This document shows, piece after piece, positions 51,001-63,982 of a DNA stretch of 64,000 nt (the stretch's first letter is position 1; the number at the start of each line of letters is the position of its first letter). The notes under the pieces are model-generated. The model saw only the letters and a program-made list of their open reading frames with translations, had not been told where the DNA came from and searched no databases. Location of the stretch: contig OX337228.1 of the NCBI GenBank assembly GCA_946965045.2, positions 2,976,001-3,040,000 on the forward strand. Direction: 5' to 3'. The translations under genes and the position numbers were made by a program. This stretch comes from Epithemia pelagica (Eukaryota; Protista; Bacillariophyta).

Positions 51001-52285
51001 ACATGACTCTAGAGGAGTTCTATGAAGAGCTCAGTAGGAATGACGATGGATGTGTGCATAGGTGCGATGGTCGATAGGCCACCGAAAACTCAATCTATTC
51101 TCAGTCTTTGCACCTTATCAATACCAGCACTCCAGTGTCTACTAGGAGTATTGAGGCAGCGCACCTCGCTAGTAGGAGTACTTGTGAGACTGATTTGTCA
51201 GGAGAACTGCTCTGTTGGTTCAATCTGCGGTTCCATTCCCAAAGATAGCGACGTCTTTGAAGTCCATGACCCCAAGCGTACTATTAGGAGTACTCTAGTA
51301 GAGGAGTTGCTATCCGTAGTAAGGCTAGCTTCCTTCTCCTCTGGATCCCGCATTTTGCGATCCCCACTCCCCCCCATACCCATCCCATAAATCCCCTGTC
51401 GCCCCTGTCCCATCCCAACGGCTCTTTCGTCGTTGGTCTGGGGGATTCCTCTATTTTTTCTACTCTTACTTCTATAGTTACTATCCGAACACGCGACACT
51501 CATTCGCGTGTGGTCGCCGCGGGATCATCCGGCGTTCCTTCCTGGCACCAAAAAATAATGCACATGGGGGCTATTCTTCGGTGACCTGGCGCGACTATGA
51601 TCCAAGTGTACCGGCTTAGGGCTATTGTGAAACACAAAGTATGTCACCAATGGCGCGCCGGGTGTACCCCTGTTTTGAGAATAGTTGGTATATTCCGACA
51701 CGGAGTGATGAACCATACCCAACAAACAATGCGCGGGAACTTGGCAATCACCGTTATCTCTTCCACCAATGGTTCAACCGTCTACCTTCATCTACATAAG
51801 GCAAATCGATTTGTATGCCCTATCTATCCTTGTGATACCTTCTTCCTGGCTCCTGGCACTTGTGTTCATGTGGTTGTTGGTGTCTCTGCTTCGTGGAATA
51901 TACAGTAGAGAGTAGAGAATAGAGAAGAAGTGTGCCTACGAATAGCGAAGAGAACGACGAGCGGTGTGTGTGTGAAGTGGAAAGTGCAAGAGGGATCAAC
52001 ACAAGGCCCGTAAAACTCGCGCATCCAGAGCCATTCTCGAAGCAACACAACGCCCAATCCACAAGAGTGAGTGCACCTCTAATTATACCTGTGACATCTC
52101 CTCTCCGATCGTCTTCTGATTTCTAATCTCATCTTTGTCGCTGTCTTTCTCAAAGACTCAGAAACGCAAAGCGTTGGCATCTGCAGACATCAGGGCATTG
52201 TTGGTGAACTTGTTTCCCATCTCAAACATCCCACCGACACCCAAACCTTTCAACCAGATCGATAGCACTCCCATCTAGTATCATC

Positions 52286-55200
52286 ATGATGATGACACCT
52301 TTCAAAGGAAGTGGTGGTGCTGGACCCAGGACGAGTAATCACAGTAGTGGTAGCACTGGAGCGGTTGCCTCGTCGTCGTCGTCGTCGGATACACCCATGG
52401 AGGAAGAAACGGAGAGTTGCTCGGTCTTGAGCAGTCCTCCTCGATCGGGGCCACGCAGTACGGCCCGCTTAAACAGTCTCTTTTTTGTGGAAGAACACAA
52501 GGACGGACACGAGGAACGCACTCTTAACAACACTTCCCAAAATCAGCATGGAGGCTTGCCCTTTCCTCCGGTTCTTTCCGTCTCTCGTCGTCTTTCTCCC
52601 AACCCGGCCTTGACGCCACGGAACAATCGGCGCTTGTTTGCCGATGAAGATCAAGACACCAGTCCAACCAACAACAACAATCTGGAATCAGGCGCCACGA
52701 GAGCCAAGAGTGAAAACAACAACCGGTCACCCTTTGTCGTTCGCAATCCTCGATCCACGAAGTCCACCGCGTTGCGCAATTTTCTCGACAGTGGATCCAC
52801 GTTTGGAGTCTCCTTGTCAATGGACGATGGCGATACAGTGTCTGCGACGGATGATACTAGCAATACCACCAGTCGCAAACGATCGTCGGCAGAACGCCGA
52901 GCTGGAGGAGGACATGTCAAACACGGATCTGTGGGAGACACTGGTGGTGAGGGTGGTTCCTCATCCGCGTACTTGTCACCCAGAATTTCACCCAACTCGT
53001 TCATGACCATGGATGGTCGATTCGTTCATTCCAAAAATCCCTTTTCCAGTCCAATGATGACCGACGATCCAGCCAATTTGTCGTCCATGCGAGGAGACGA
53101 TCCACTCTTGACGGCCAATGCACCCACACTCCCCGACGATTCCGTGTTTTACCCTCAACAACAACAAACCTCCCATACAAATGCCTTTTTGTCCCTAAAG
53201 GCTTCGGCCAGTTCCGCTGTAGGGGGTCCTCCAACAAACACATCGACCTATCATTCACCCTTGCCGAAAGATCCATCCACGGAAATATTGGCAAATACAG
53301 GCGACCGAGGATTGTTCACCGTTCCCTTTCCGAGCTTTCTGACGAATGGGAATGAGAACGGAAACGATGATAATATGGGTCTGGCGGGTTCTATGAATAT
53401 GGGATTTCCAGCGCTTTCTCCTCGACGCGATCGGCCCAATCGTTCCAAATTTATGGGTTTGACGACCATGGGTCACGACAGTGGATTCCCTGGTGAACAT
53501 CGTTCCTCCTTTACAGGAAGCCCTATTTTTGAACACGCCGAGGCGGCTGCCGCGGCTGCGGCCGCATCCGTTGGCTATCACCCAACCGGTGCTGCTTCTT
53601 CCAGTAACAGCCTCAATACCAGCATGGACGCCATGGAAACAGATACAGCAAGCTGTGGATCGTTGCAAAAAGTTCGACGACTCAATCTGAATGATGACGT
53701 GGTATCCGCCTCGGGCCACGCGCTTCGGAATCGGGTATCGACACGACGGTTGGGACTGCGCATCGATACATCGGACAATACCAACAGCACATGGATGCAA
53801 GGCTATCATCGAGAGGGGAGTTTCTCAGGAAGTAGCATTAGTAGTCAGGATGGGCCCTACTACTACAACAACGGTAGTAGTCATCCACCAAAAGAGAATG
53901 TTGCGCCTAGCAACAGTAAGAGCGAATGGAATCAAGACCATGACGATATTTCGCCAACGGATGTGTTAAGTTTTCCGTCACCGCCGTCGCCATCGGACAT
54001 CAAGACGACTGGACGAGGAGGAATTCCGAACGAAACACCAATCCCAGACTCGGCGCGTCCCAATCCTTACCAGTGGCGGAGCAACACCACACAATCGCGC
54101 GTATTGGTGCCCCCAACACCTGTGGCCGAACGACGGCGATTGGCCGCTCTGGCAGCACGAACACCGCATCCAGGATCGTTGATACACAATCATCGGGCCG
54201 CCAACAATTATCATCCGCATCATCATACACTCCTTGCAGGCACATCCTCAGCGCATGGAGGAGGGCGATCCGATGCCTCGTCGTCCGCCAATGCGGCCGC
54301 AACCATGGAAAAATCCAGGTTCTATGGAGACTTTGATATCATTTCGGAATTGGGACGAGGGTGTTTTGGGACTGTATACAAGGTCTTGTCACGGTTGGAT
54401 GGGTGCATGTATGCTATCAAAGCGGCAAAACGGCAAGCCAAGGGGCAATCGGATCGAGATCGAATGCTCAAGGAGGTACGTGACAATTACTCTGTTTGTA
54501 GTGCGATTGGAACACAAGAACTGACTGACTTGGCCGTTTCTCGTTCTCTTTTAACTTGCAGGTTTATGCGCTAGCCGCTTTGTCCGATCAGGCCCATACA
54601 GCCACGTTTCATATTGTTCGGTATCACCAAGCGTGGATGGAGGAAGATCGTCTCTACATTCAAACAGAATTGTGTCAGGGAAGCGTGGCGGATGAAGTGG
54701 CCAAAAATGAAAATGGTCTCCCATTGGTTCGACGTTACAAGCTTCTCCGCGAGATATGCTTGGCCCTGGAATTCTTGCATCAAAATAACATGGTGCATCT
54801 AGACATTAAACCAGACAATATCTTTGTCAAGAACGATCAGTTCAAACTTGGCGATTTTGGATTGGTAACCAAAATATCCATTTCCAGTGACAGCAACGAT
54901 GACGTCGAAGAAGGCGATTCACGATACATGTCCATGGAACTACTGGCCGGGGATCACACGGATTTGACCAAGTCTGATATTTTTTCTCTGGGTGCCACTC
55001 TGTACGAAATCAGTCTCCGTAGGCCTTTGCCCTTGAATGGTCAGGAATGGCAGGATTTTCGTGCCGGTCGATTGACACCGCTTCCACAAGCACGCAACCC
55101 CCAGGAGGAAGATCCAGAGTTGATGACCATGCTGGAGCAAATGATGCATCCTACTGCAAAACAGCGCCCTGCAGCTTCGGAATTATTAAAAAGAAGGCAA

Positions 55201-55371
55201 CTACTGAGTGATGAACAAAAAGCGTTAATCAAGGTCGTGGAAGCTAACATGGCCTTGCAGCAAATTCAGCTCACAAAACAACATGAACAGCATCCACATC
55301 CACCGCATTTGCCCATGCGACGGGGATTGCAACGGGCCAACACGTGGAATGGCCACAGTCTCATTCATTAA
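52286..55371 (+). CDS. WEE1: Wee1-family protein kinase; join(52286..54475, 54562..55371)
   Basis: SRFYGDF..LGRGCFGTVYK, YAIK, IVRYHQAWME, VHLDIKPDNIF, KLGDFG, the Wee1 signature EEGDSRYM, and KSDIFSLG. Confidence 0.9.
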
Positions 55372-55945
55372 CAGAATTTAATACTAATAGAATAGGACTG
55401 GATGCAGATGCAGTTAGGGACTCGTTCTTTGCAGCGTCCCAGTTCCCGATAAGGTAGAATTCCTTTCGAGAGTGATTCTTCATGATTCCCCATCTTGTGA
55501 GAGAGGTTGCGCGAACGCCCGGCGCGACTGATGTCACATTTACCCTTTACGCGCGTCATTGGCGTTGTATGCGCCTTGGGGGTTCTTGGGGGAAAAGTGC
55601 TCGCTTCTTGCTTTGATCCATCGCTGAAAGCCCTCCAACAATCAGAACACGTTCGAGGATGGGCGATCGAACCAACTATGGAGGCAATTCCACTTCGTTT
55701 ATGGTGGAACGATTCATGCCACTACACTTACAAGGGGGATTCACATCCTGTAGCAGACCATTGCATGGCCTTGTAAATTGCCGACTCGGTCAACGTGATC
55801 TTCACCGACTGGCGACCACCCACCGCTGTTTCCCACTTCGGCAAAAAAAAGTCGTTTGATTGGGTGCAGAGGCAAGGCTCTTGGCAGCACCATCCATACG
55901 ACGGCGGTAAGTTGAGAACAATTGGAAAGGATCAACGAAATAAGC

Positions 55946-58900
55946 ATGGTCATCAACTCGACGGCAATTGATCAGGAGCTTCCCTGGGACAGAATGTGGG
56001 AGTACGTTCTAGGAGAAGGTGATGACCAATCATCGGCCTACAGTTTAGCGCGACGAACATCCTCTCGGGTTTCAACACCATCACCAACCCCACCACTTTT
56101 GCCACCACCACGTAAACAACGACATGAAGTGCCAAGGTATCAGACTTCTACCAACGTAAAGGACAGTGAAGATACCATTGATGTGCAATCTGACACCTGG
56201 GGACGAATGAGCAGTGGTGGGGCGTTTACTCGATCATCTTCCACGAAACGACAAAGTAGTACTGGAAGTGAAATGTCCTTTCCAGCAGACTTTGGAGACG
56301 ACTATACCATGCGACAACGACGGAGTAGTAGCACTACTGGGGACAACTTTCCGCCGCCACGACAACGCAGCAGTGCTTCCTCTACGACTCTTACAGAAAG
56401 CATCATTTCACCCGTTCATACGTCATCCTCCAAAAGTCGAAGAGACTACACATCAGCCTCGTCGGAAACTAGCATTTTTCAGAGAAAATCATCTGCATCG
56501 TCCCTGACAAGAAATCAGCACTCGTTACAAGATCGATATGAAATGGACCAAAGTGTCACATCCTCTCTAGGACGAGAAGCATCGCTGGTCCGAGAATCAT
56601 CTGAAAGCGGTGGGAGCTTATCGTCCATTTCGAAAACTAAAAGGAAAATAGGATTCTGGCGGCGAAGAAGTGATGATATCCAACTGGACGAAACTAGCAC
56701 AAAGGAATCATTCGATCCAGCAGGCATCACTCAGCAACAGCAACAGTCGCAACGGGAACTGGAACAATCACCACCACCAAAACAAGAAGAAGATATTGCT
56801 TCTTCCCCTACTACATCCGAAATACAAGCAGGATCTGGAAAGCAACCTTCGCATCGCCTTCTTCCTCCGCCGAAGCTTCCAGAGCGACCTGGCTCTGGTC
56901 GAAATATTCGCAAAAGCAGTGGGAGCGCTAGGGTAAGCAACAAAACTATGGGAGAACGGTCGTCGTCGTCGTCGTCACACAAATATGTTACAGCTTCACG
57001 TGATGATGAGGCAACCCAGGAAAGTGCCGGTTCAGAGATTATGGAACAACGAGATTCTGGTAGCCCTGACACAACACTGGAAACAGATTTTTCTATTGAA
57101 GGGCCGTTGAGTGCCTTGTTTATGACATGTAACGACGCCGACAACTTCAGTATAGAAGGAAGTGGCAACAAGCGGTCGTTTGCCAACCAGAATCATTCGA
57201 GTCCTTCGGCGGTTGCCGCCTCCGCTGCCGCTGCGGCAGCTGCAGCGGTTGCCCTGAGGCGTATTGGGGATGTCAATACATGCATGATTGCACCGAAAGA
57301 ATCGTACAAGGGAAACCGGGGAAAGAACACAGCTGGGGGCAGTAAAAGGGGCAAAAAAGATTCCTCTGCATCACCGATGTCAGCGGTAAACGGTAACGCC
57401 GTATCAACTACCACGACCACAACGAAATCCAATGGTGCTGGGGTTCTTTTTTTTGATTCCCTCGCAAAAGGAATTGACGATTTTCTAGATCCAGCATTTT
57501 CTTACTCTCTCGATGACGGAGGAGAACAAACGCTGTGTCTTGGTGAATTCTCTGATGATGGATCTTCTTCAGACGACAAGCGACTACAGGCAGCCAACCA
57601 TCCTTCACAGTCAAAACGAACCTCGACAACGAACTTCAATTATTCTCGTAAAAATCGAAACAGAAAGGATTCCAAACTAACGTTTGGCTCGTATGGAGAC
57701 AGTCGATCTAGATCCAGTTTATCCCCTATTACCGAGGAAGTGTCGCAATCGGCGGACCGTGATACTTCGTTTGACAACGAGACAACGGACGGAAAACGTG
57801 ATGATAGCTTTTCGCGGGCTCGAAGTCCATCGTCACAACGACAAGAGAAAAAAGAAATCCGCCGAGAAACTTTACCGGGATACGATGCTGGTGGTGATGA
57901 AACGAAGCGAGACAGAAATACCTCATCAGAAGTCCTCAGCGATCGCGACGCAGACTTTTTTCGCTTCCCTGCAGACTTCAAGGGCAAGAGTGTGAATAAG
58001 AAAAGTGGTGACAACGGAAGACGTTCCGGATTTGCTTCTGAACAAGCGGGAGATCAGAAGGACAAGGATGGCTTCTTCAGTTTTGCTGGATCTCGGAGTC
58101 CTGGTTCTATTTCTATCACAGGATATGACAGTGGGGGTATCACTGGAACCACTTCTCAAGTTGGTTTTTCATCGGGGCATTTGTCACCCACCAGCGCCTC
58201 ATCGACGAACGGTCAAATCATGCAAATGCATCCAGTAAGCCCGACATCTCAAAGTGGTGTTGCAGGAACTACGTCTGCAATTGAGACTCTCTCTCCTTCT
58301 AGTCTCGATGGTAACGGCAGTCGTTATACAAAAGTGTCCAGCAATATGTCACGAAGTGGTCTGACAACCACGGGCGCGGCATATGGCCAATTATCACCCT
58401 CAAGCTCTGCCACACGGAGTGGAGCGACAACTGTTGCTATGGGACCAACCTCTCCTAAAACCACGGGGAATCGACAAGCTCTCAACCGACATTCTGATTA
58501 CCCGAGCTCTCCAGGATTAAATCCTCCTCTGTCTTTCCCAAGTGACCTCTTTCTAGATGGTGTTGTGCCATCTACCCCAACAGAAACCGTTGTCTCCAGA
58601 AGTGGGCTTGTTTCAACGAACCATATTTCGCTCACCAGCACAACTGATCTTCAAAGTATACGACAGGAACAGGAACATAAAAAGAAAGCCTTGCTTCTCA
58701 CTCGGCAGATGACAAGTCCATCGGATGATGCCGAGGATGACGAAGGTACGTTTTCTCGCTCTTCATGGGACGACGAGGGCAGTGAGAGAAGCAGAACGGG
58801 ACTCGTTCTTGGTAAGCACGTCAAGCGTCACGATAGTCACAGTCGCAGCTGCATACGTCTTCCCATCTGCTTCAGTGGAAGAAAATCGTATGAACAGGTT

Positions 58901-60317
58901 TATGCAGTCAGTGAACTAGACGCAGCAACACAACGACCAAGCCGACAACTGTCCGTTGATGACGGATCTGACTTACTTCGCAAAGCAAGATGTTCTCCAT
59001 TTACGGGAACCAAACAGGTTTCCAGATCTTCGCACGACACGACAACTTCGAAAACGCATGAAGAGACGAGCGGAGATATGTTAAACAACAGCTGGATGCA
59101 CAACTCTGATATTCAGAGCCTTTATGAATATGACTTTGATTCAACCGCTCATATGAGCGTCGTTTTTGACCAGTTTGGAGGAGACCCAGAGGAAGAAATG
59201 CGAGTCGTTCTCCATGATTCTCCTCCTGAAAAAGTTAAAGAAGGGCTGGTTGAATACAATAAGGTTGTTGTGAAGGTAGAGGTAAGTCCAACTGGCCATG
59301 TTTGTCTTCGATGTGGAGTGTCTCGGGTTTTCTCAATCCCACTTTCTCCTGTTTCAGGCTTCAACGGTCTCGCAGACAGATTGTGCATTCCGAAACGGCA
59401 AACTGACCAACGAATTCCACTCTGTAACTCCCGCTACACCCGGCGTCGACGTAATCGGAAGGATTTACCGAATTGATGCAGAATCGAGTAGCATGTACAA
59501 GTTGAATGTGGGTGATAGAGTTATGTCTTTGATCAAATGGGGTGGTAACTCTCGCTACCTGACGGTTGACCCTTCCAAGCTTGTCAAAGTCTCAAATGAT
59601 CTGGATCCAGCAGAGGCGGTATGCTTGATGGAAACCTATCTTTACGCATTTCAGCTGATTCATTCTGGACAAAGTAGGACTGCAAGGTATCGTAAGAACG
59701 CTCTACAGGACAAACGCATCTTGGTTGTTGGCGAGATGGCATCAAATATTGGACGAGCCATTGTACAGCTTGCCAATCATGCCGGATGTCACAATGTGGT
59801 AGCCACGACTTTGGAAAAGCACCGCGAAACGGTTTCCAAAATGGGAGTCATACCAATTGATCCAGAACCTGCCAATTGGAAAAGCTTTCTGAATGGCTCC
59901 GTAGATCTCCTGATTCAGCTGTCCGGGCGGTTGTCGCCCACAGTCGCCTACGGGGTTCTACGCCCTTTGGGGAACATGGTCATAGCTACATCATACCACA
60001 AAGCTGACAACCGTTTTGGAGGACCCGGGAATCCTGCCATGATGATGGCTTGCGGTCGGTCCGATCTCAGCTTGGATTCCCGAGTGAGTCGGTATAACGT
60101 CTTTCGTGCTTGGGACGATAACCGAGAATATATTCAAGACGATTTACATCATTTGACGGCCCTTTTGCTGGAAAGGAAAGTGGTCCCGGACGTGCTTGAT
60201 CGTGTTTCATTATCCAATGTGGGAAAAGCACATGCACTCCTGGAAACTAGACGACTTCGGGGATTTGTTGTATGTGAGCCATGGTTGGTCTCGAAATCCA
60301 GAACAATGAACTTGTAA
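55946..60317 (+). CDS. Large Ser-rich disordered protein with a C-terminal MDR (quinone-oxidoreductase/VAT-1-like) domain; join(55946..59281, 59358..60317)
   Basis: The spliced VVVKVE|ASTVSQTD, TPGVDVIG, VGDRVMSL, GGNSRY, DPAEAVCL and RILVVG motifs give the GroES-like plus Rossmann MDR fold. The GT-AG intron is in frame. Confidence 0.75.
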
Positions 60318-60409
60318 CATAGAGTAAATAAGAGTTCAATGTCTACGCCAAATATAACAGATAAGGGATGATGTTGTTGTTGCTTAGTGTGGTCTAGTGT
60401 AGAAAAGGA

Positions 60410-60763
60410 TTATGCTGTATCGATCACTGTTTCTGTCTGCAGATTCTTGAATGAATCGACTTCCAACAATTGAGCCCATGTGTACAGAGGGTGCTTGGCA
60501 TCTTCATCTTCGTTTCTCTTTCGGCTGAGACGAACACGAACTCTGGTTGGTACATTCTTAATACCACATTTCCAAACATACTTGTTGAGCGCAGAGTCAA
60601 TACGAACATCCACCGTGTTCATTGCCTTTTGCGCAAATCCCCGGATTTCCTTAATGGCCCGAGGCGCTCGGCGTTTAAATTGCATCTTATGAATGCGTTT
60701 GGACAAGTGGATTGTATAATCCCGAGTGACAATGTCTTGCTTAGGTGCTCCCTTTGGTGCCAT
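60410..60763 (-). CDS. RPL31: 60S ribosomal protein L31
   Basis: [59 protein letters not shown]. Confidence 0.97.
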   Translation of the reverse strand: MAPKGAPKQDIVTRDYTIHLSKRIHKMQFKRRAPRAIKEIRGFAQKAMNTVDVRIDSALNKYVWKCGIKNVPTRVRVRLSRKRNEDEDAKHPLYTWAQLLEVDSFKNLQTETVIDTA

Positions 60764-60781
60764 CTTGGAAATGCTTGCTAT

Positions 60782-60895
60782 CTACCTCGTTTGAAACCGC
60801 TGGACAAAAAGGACGCCGCAAACAGTCGGTGTACGTGAGTACGAATTCGTGGTAGTCAACAGCGATACAATAGCAGAACAATCAATGGCACTTAC
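60782..60895 (-). other. Probable 5'-UTR intron of RPL31
   Basis: Strong GTAAGT donor at 60895 and an AG acceptor about 20 nt upstream of the ATG. The exact acceptor is ambiguous. Confidence 0.5.
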
Positions 60896-61297
60896 CAAGT
60901 GTCCTTTGTTGTCTCGTCCAACTCCACTTGGTTGCAGCAGCTCTTGTTGCGGTCGCCATAACACTAAAGAAAAGTGAAGCGGTAAGAAGTAAATCAGATC
61001 CAGTCGCTCTTTTTCTCCATGCCAGGGAGGTGTTGTCCCTTCACTCGATTACAATATCTATCAAACACTGTGAAATCGCCATTCTATCCGTTGAGATAAA
61101 AGGGCTCCTAAAAAGGCTTCCATGCGTAACCTTTGCCATAAATAATGTTTGTAGTATTTAGACTTTGTATCGTTAGGTAGTTTTAGGCCGAGGAATTTTT
61201 TTGGTCCTGGTAATTGCATCCTTGCGCGGCGGACGAGATTTCCGAGACCTCCCTTTCCGTTCAGGACTGTCGTTTGGTGTCAACAACGAAATGAACC

Positions 61298-63982
61298 ATG
61301 GTCCGGTCGAAATCTAGTGGGCGGGCGAATGGGTCTGGTGGCAGGAACAGGATAGCGAGATGGCGTCGAGACCCAGAAATTCGGCGGATTTCAGCGCAGA
61401 ACGATGAACCAGAAGATCGGGAAGGTACAATTCGATCGATGGCGCGATCCCAACAAGACGAATTCCGAGAGGAAGCATTAAGCTACTATGGAATGCAACT
61501 CAAAAACAACGGACCATCGAGATACCAACCCCAGACAATTTATTACTCGCTACCACATGGGGGAGTTCCATCCCATGTGGTGGTCGAGGATGTCAGTGCT
61601 GGTCGTTCCTCTATTTCAGAATCCCGTGGTACGAGTGCTGCGAGCATGGGAAAATATGGGAATCGAAGTGCTGCATATTCGACGAAACCTGATCTCGAAG
61701 AACGCCTTGAAGAGATCAGTAGGACGGACAGCTCCGAAAGGGAACAAAATCGCGGACTTGAGCAAAGAACTTCCTCTTTCTTAGACAAAATATTTGGCAT
61801 GAAGGACAATGCACCTAAAGCTGGACATGAGTCAGTCTACTCGTATGGCAGTTACTATTCCCACGGCGAAAGCTCAGGAAATAGCTATTCTGATGGTGAC
61901 GTCTCAACAGCATTTGACAGCGCTGCTTACTTCTATCCAAGGGAGATTCTTGCAACATCAAAGGGAAGAACAAATTCTTCGTCGTATCTTAAGCGGCAAG
62001 CATATGTTGAAAATGAACTCAACAAAAAGTCGCATCTTGGAACTGTGCAAGAGACAGAAGATGATGGCAATTCAACAGGAGTAGTTGACGATACAGAGAA
62101 AACGAATCGACCCTTTCACGCTGAAATTCTACAAACTTTAAGCGGGGGACTTGCTGACATTTTCTCGGTTCGAACACCGTGGAGCAATAGGCGAGGTGAT
62201 GATAACGCCGCAGATGACGCGGCTTACGAAGACGAAGTAGTTGTGGATGAGGCACAAAATCATGAATTACAGGCGGAAAAGTCGGAACTTCAAGCTGAAG
62301 CCTTCAACGAGAGAATTGACCCTGAACCATATGGACAATCTGTCCGAACTTTTCAAGCGTCCTTGTCGGATTATGGTTCCATCTACTCGGAGAGCGGCGT
62401 GAGACCACACATTCGCCCCTGTCGACTTTTCTGTCGACCCGGGAAAAGCCCCTGTAGACTTTTCTGTCGACCCGGGAAAACGACTCGTGAGAGACAAGAA
62501 GCCGAATTAGAGGAACAATCACAACTGAGTAGGGATCTGGAGACAGCAAAAGAAGCGAACAAAGCAGAATCAGAACATACGACTGTAATGTACAACGGTA
62601 GTATTGAACGTTTGACAAAAGAAGAATCCCTTCTTCTTCAAGCATGGAGAACAACCAAGGCGAACGCCGACAAATCAGAAAATCAAGGAGCCATTCAAAC
62701 GAGCATGTCGGAAAAGACTGCAAGTTCTCACTCAGAAAACCCTGCTCCCAATTCGAATCCTATCAATACATCGCCTTCTAGTTCGGAACGCAGCTCCCTG
62801 GTTGAACAAACCTTGTCCAGTGGGGCAGCAGTCTTGACTGCCACGAGATCCTTGTTGTCCCTGACTGAAAGGCAAGCAGAGGCTTCAGAGGCATCAACTC
62901 AGGTGGCGGCAAATAAGATCAACAATGGACAGAGATCTACTACCGTTGAAGAATCTTCAAATTCAAGTGTAGTGACAGGACCTGTGAAAGCGGAAGAAGA
63001 ACAAGACAAAGAAAGCATGGCCGCTACCGAAAGAGAGGAAGAGGGTGGCTCACAGAGAAGCACGAGAACATCCAAGAGTAGCAATGTCGGACGCCGGCAA
63101 GCCAGAGCAGAACAAGCGAAACCACAGGCTACTTCGGCAACAACTACAGCAACAGATCCATCTGTGTCAGCTTCCCCAACAGGGCCTGTCGTATCGCAAA
63201 ATCAATCCACGGACAACTCTGGTTCTTCTGAGGGAAGAAGAAATCCAATGGGAAATGAGAAGAAACCGTCCGATTACGGCCAGCCAACTTTCCGGCAGTT
63301 AGCTTCTACAGAAGAAAGAGACGATGTTTCACATTCTGTTGAGGACAGTCCTGCGCTGCGAAAAGATAGTTCCACCACGAGAGGCCGAAGGCCCCGTTAT
63401 CGTCCCCCAACTTGGACATCCTCGCAAGACTCTGATCTGAAGAAGTCTGGCGTAGAAGCCGACATACCCTTGTACAAGCTTCATCGAAGCACTGAATTTG
63501 ACCGCGGAACACGTAGGGACAGTCTCTCTCAACCATATTTATCAGCGATGCCAGCTCCGTCAATAGAAGAATCGGAGATTTCCGTGAAGCATCGCGAAGT
63601 GGACAGATATACATCTTTGGAACAATCTGAACCAGCCGCGAATCTCACAGAGAAAACCAGCAATAGTCGCAGTGCTCCACGGGTAAGATTTGAAGGAGTG
63701 GGTATCCCCAATCAATTGCCGAAACAACATTCAAGACGAAGAAGACGATCCATTTATCAACGTACAATGCCACCTGCTGTGCCGGACCGTGTCGCTTCAA
63801 TTCACGGAATTTTGCGATCCGAAGATGAAGCCAGGCTCGAGTCGTATCAACAAAAACTCCAGCATGCATATGATGTAGAATCGTCGTATGATGGGGGTGT
63901 GCTGGATCTCTATGAGTCTGATGAATATTCTTCGACTGGCGGACTCATGTCGCTAGCGGCGCAATCTCATCACTTTTACTAA
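61298..63982 (+). CDS. Hypothetical low-complexity (Ser/Glu/Arg-rich) protein, 894 aa
   Basis: Long intronless ORF, mostly disordered, with a short Glu/Gln-rich coiled-coil-like segment. No family recognised. Confidence 0.65.
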   Translation: MVRSKSSGRANGSGGRNRIARWRRDPEIRRISAQNDEPEDREGTIRSMARSQQDEFREEALSYYGMQLKNNGPSRYQPQTIYYSLPHGGVPSHVVVEDVSAGRSSISESRGTSAASMGKYGNRSAAYSTKPDLEERLEEISRTDSSEREQNRGLEQRTSSFLDKIFGMKDNAPKAGHESVYSYGSYYSHGESSGNSYSDGDVSTAFDSAAYFYPREILATSKGRTNSSSYLKRQAYVENELNKKSHLGTVQETEDDGNSTGVVDDTEKTNRPFHAEILQTLSGGLADIFSVRTPWSNRRGDDNAADDAAYEDEVVVDEAQNHELQAEKSELQAEAFNERIDPEPYGQSVRTFQASLSDYGSIYSESGVRPHIRPCRLFCRPGKSPCRLFCRPGKTTRERQEAELEEQSQLSRDLETAKEANKAESEHTTVMYNGSIERLTKEESLLLQAWRTTKANADKSENQGAIQTSMSEKTASSHSENPAPNSNPINTSPSSSERSSLVEQTLSSGAAVLTATRSLLSLTERQAEASEASTQVAANKINNGQRSTTVEESSNSSVVTGPVKAEEEQDKESMAATEREEEGGSQRSTRTSKSSNVGRRQARAEQAKPQATSATTTATDPSVSASPTGPVVSQNQSTDNSGSSEGRRNPMGNEKKPSDYGQPTFRQLASTEERDDVSHSVEDSPALRKDSSTTRGRRPRYRPPTWTSSQDSDLKKSGVEADIPLYKLHRSTEFDRGTRRDSLSQPYLSAMPAPSIEESEISVKHREVDRYTSLEQSEPAANLTEKTSNSRSAPRVRFEGVGIPNQLPKQHSRRRRRSIYQRTMPPAVPDRVASIHGILRSEDEARLESYQQKLQHAYDVESSYDGGVLDLYESDEYSSTGGLMSLAAQSHHFY
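62415..62480 (+). repeat. 33-bp in-frame tandem duplication (PCRLFCRPGK x2)
   Basis: gcccctgtcgacttttctgtcgacccgggaaaa is followed by gcccctgtagacttttctgtcgacccgggaaaa, with one mismatch. Confidence 0.9.

Noticed and set aside
84-63878. The many short or antisense ORFs in the track that overlap called genes (for example 139..753, 3393..3935, 15111..15896, 22588..23202, 44279..44842)
   Set aside because: They are shadows of real CDSs on other frames or strands, with no recognisable motifs.
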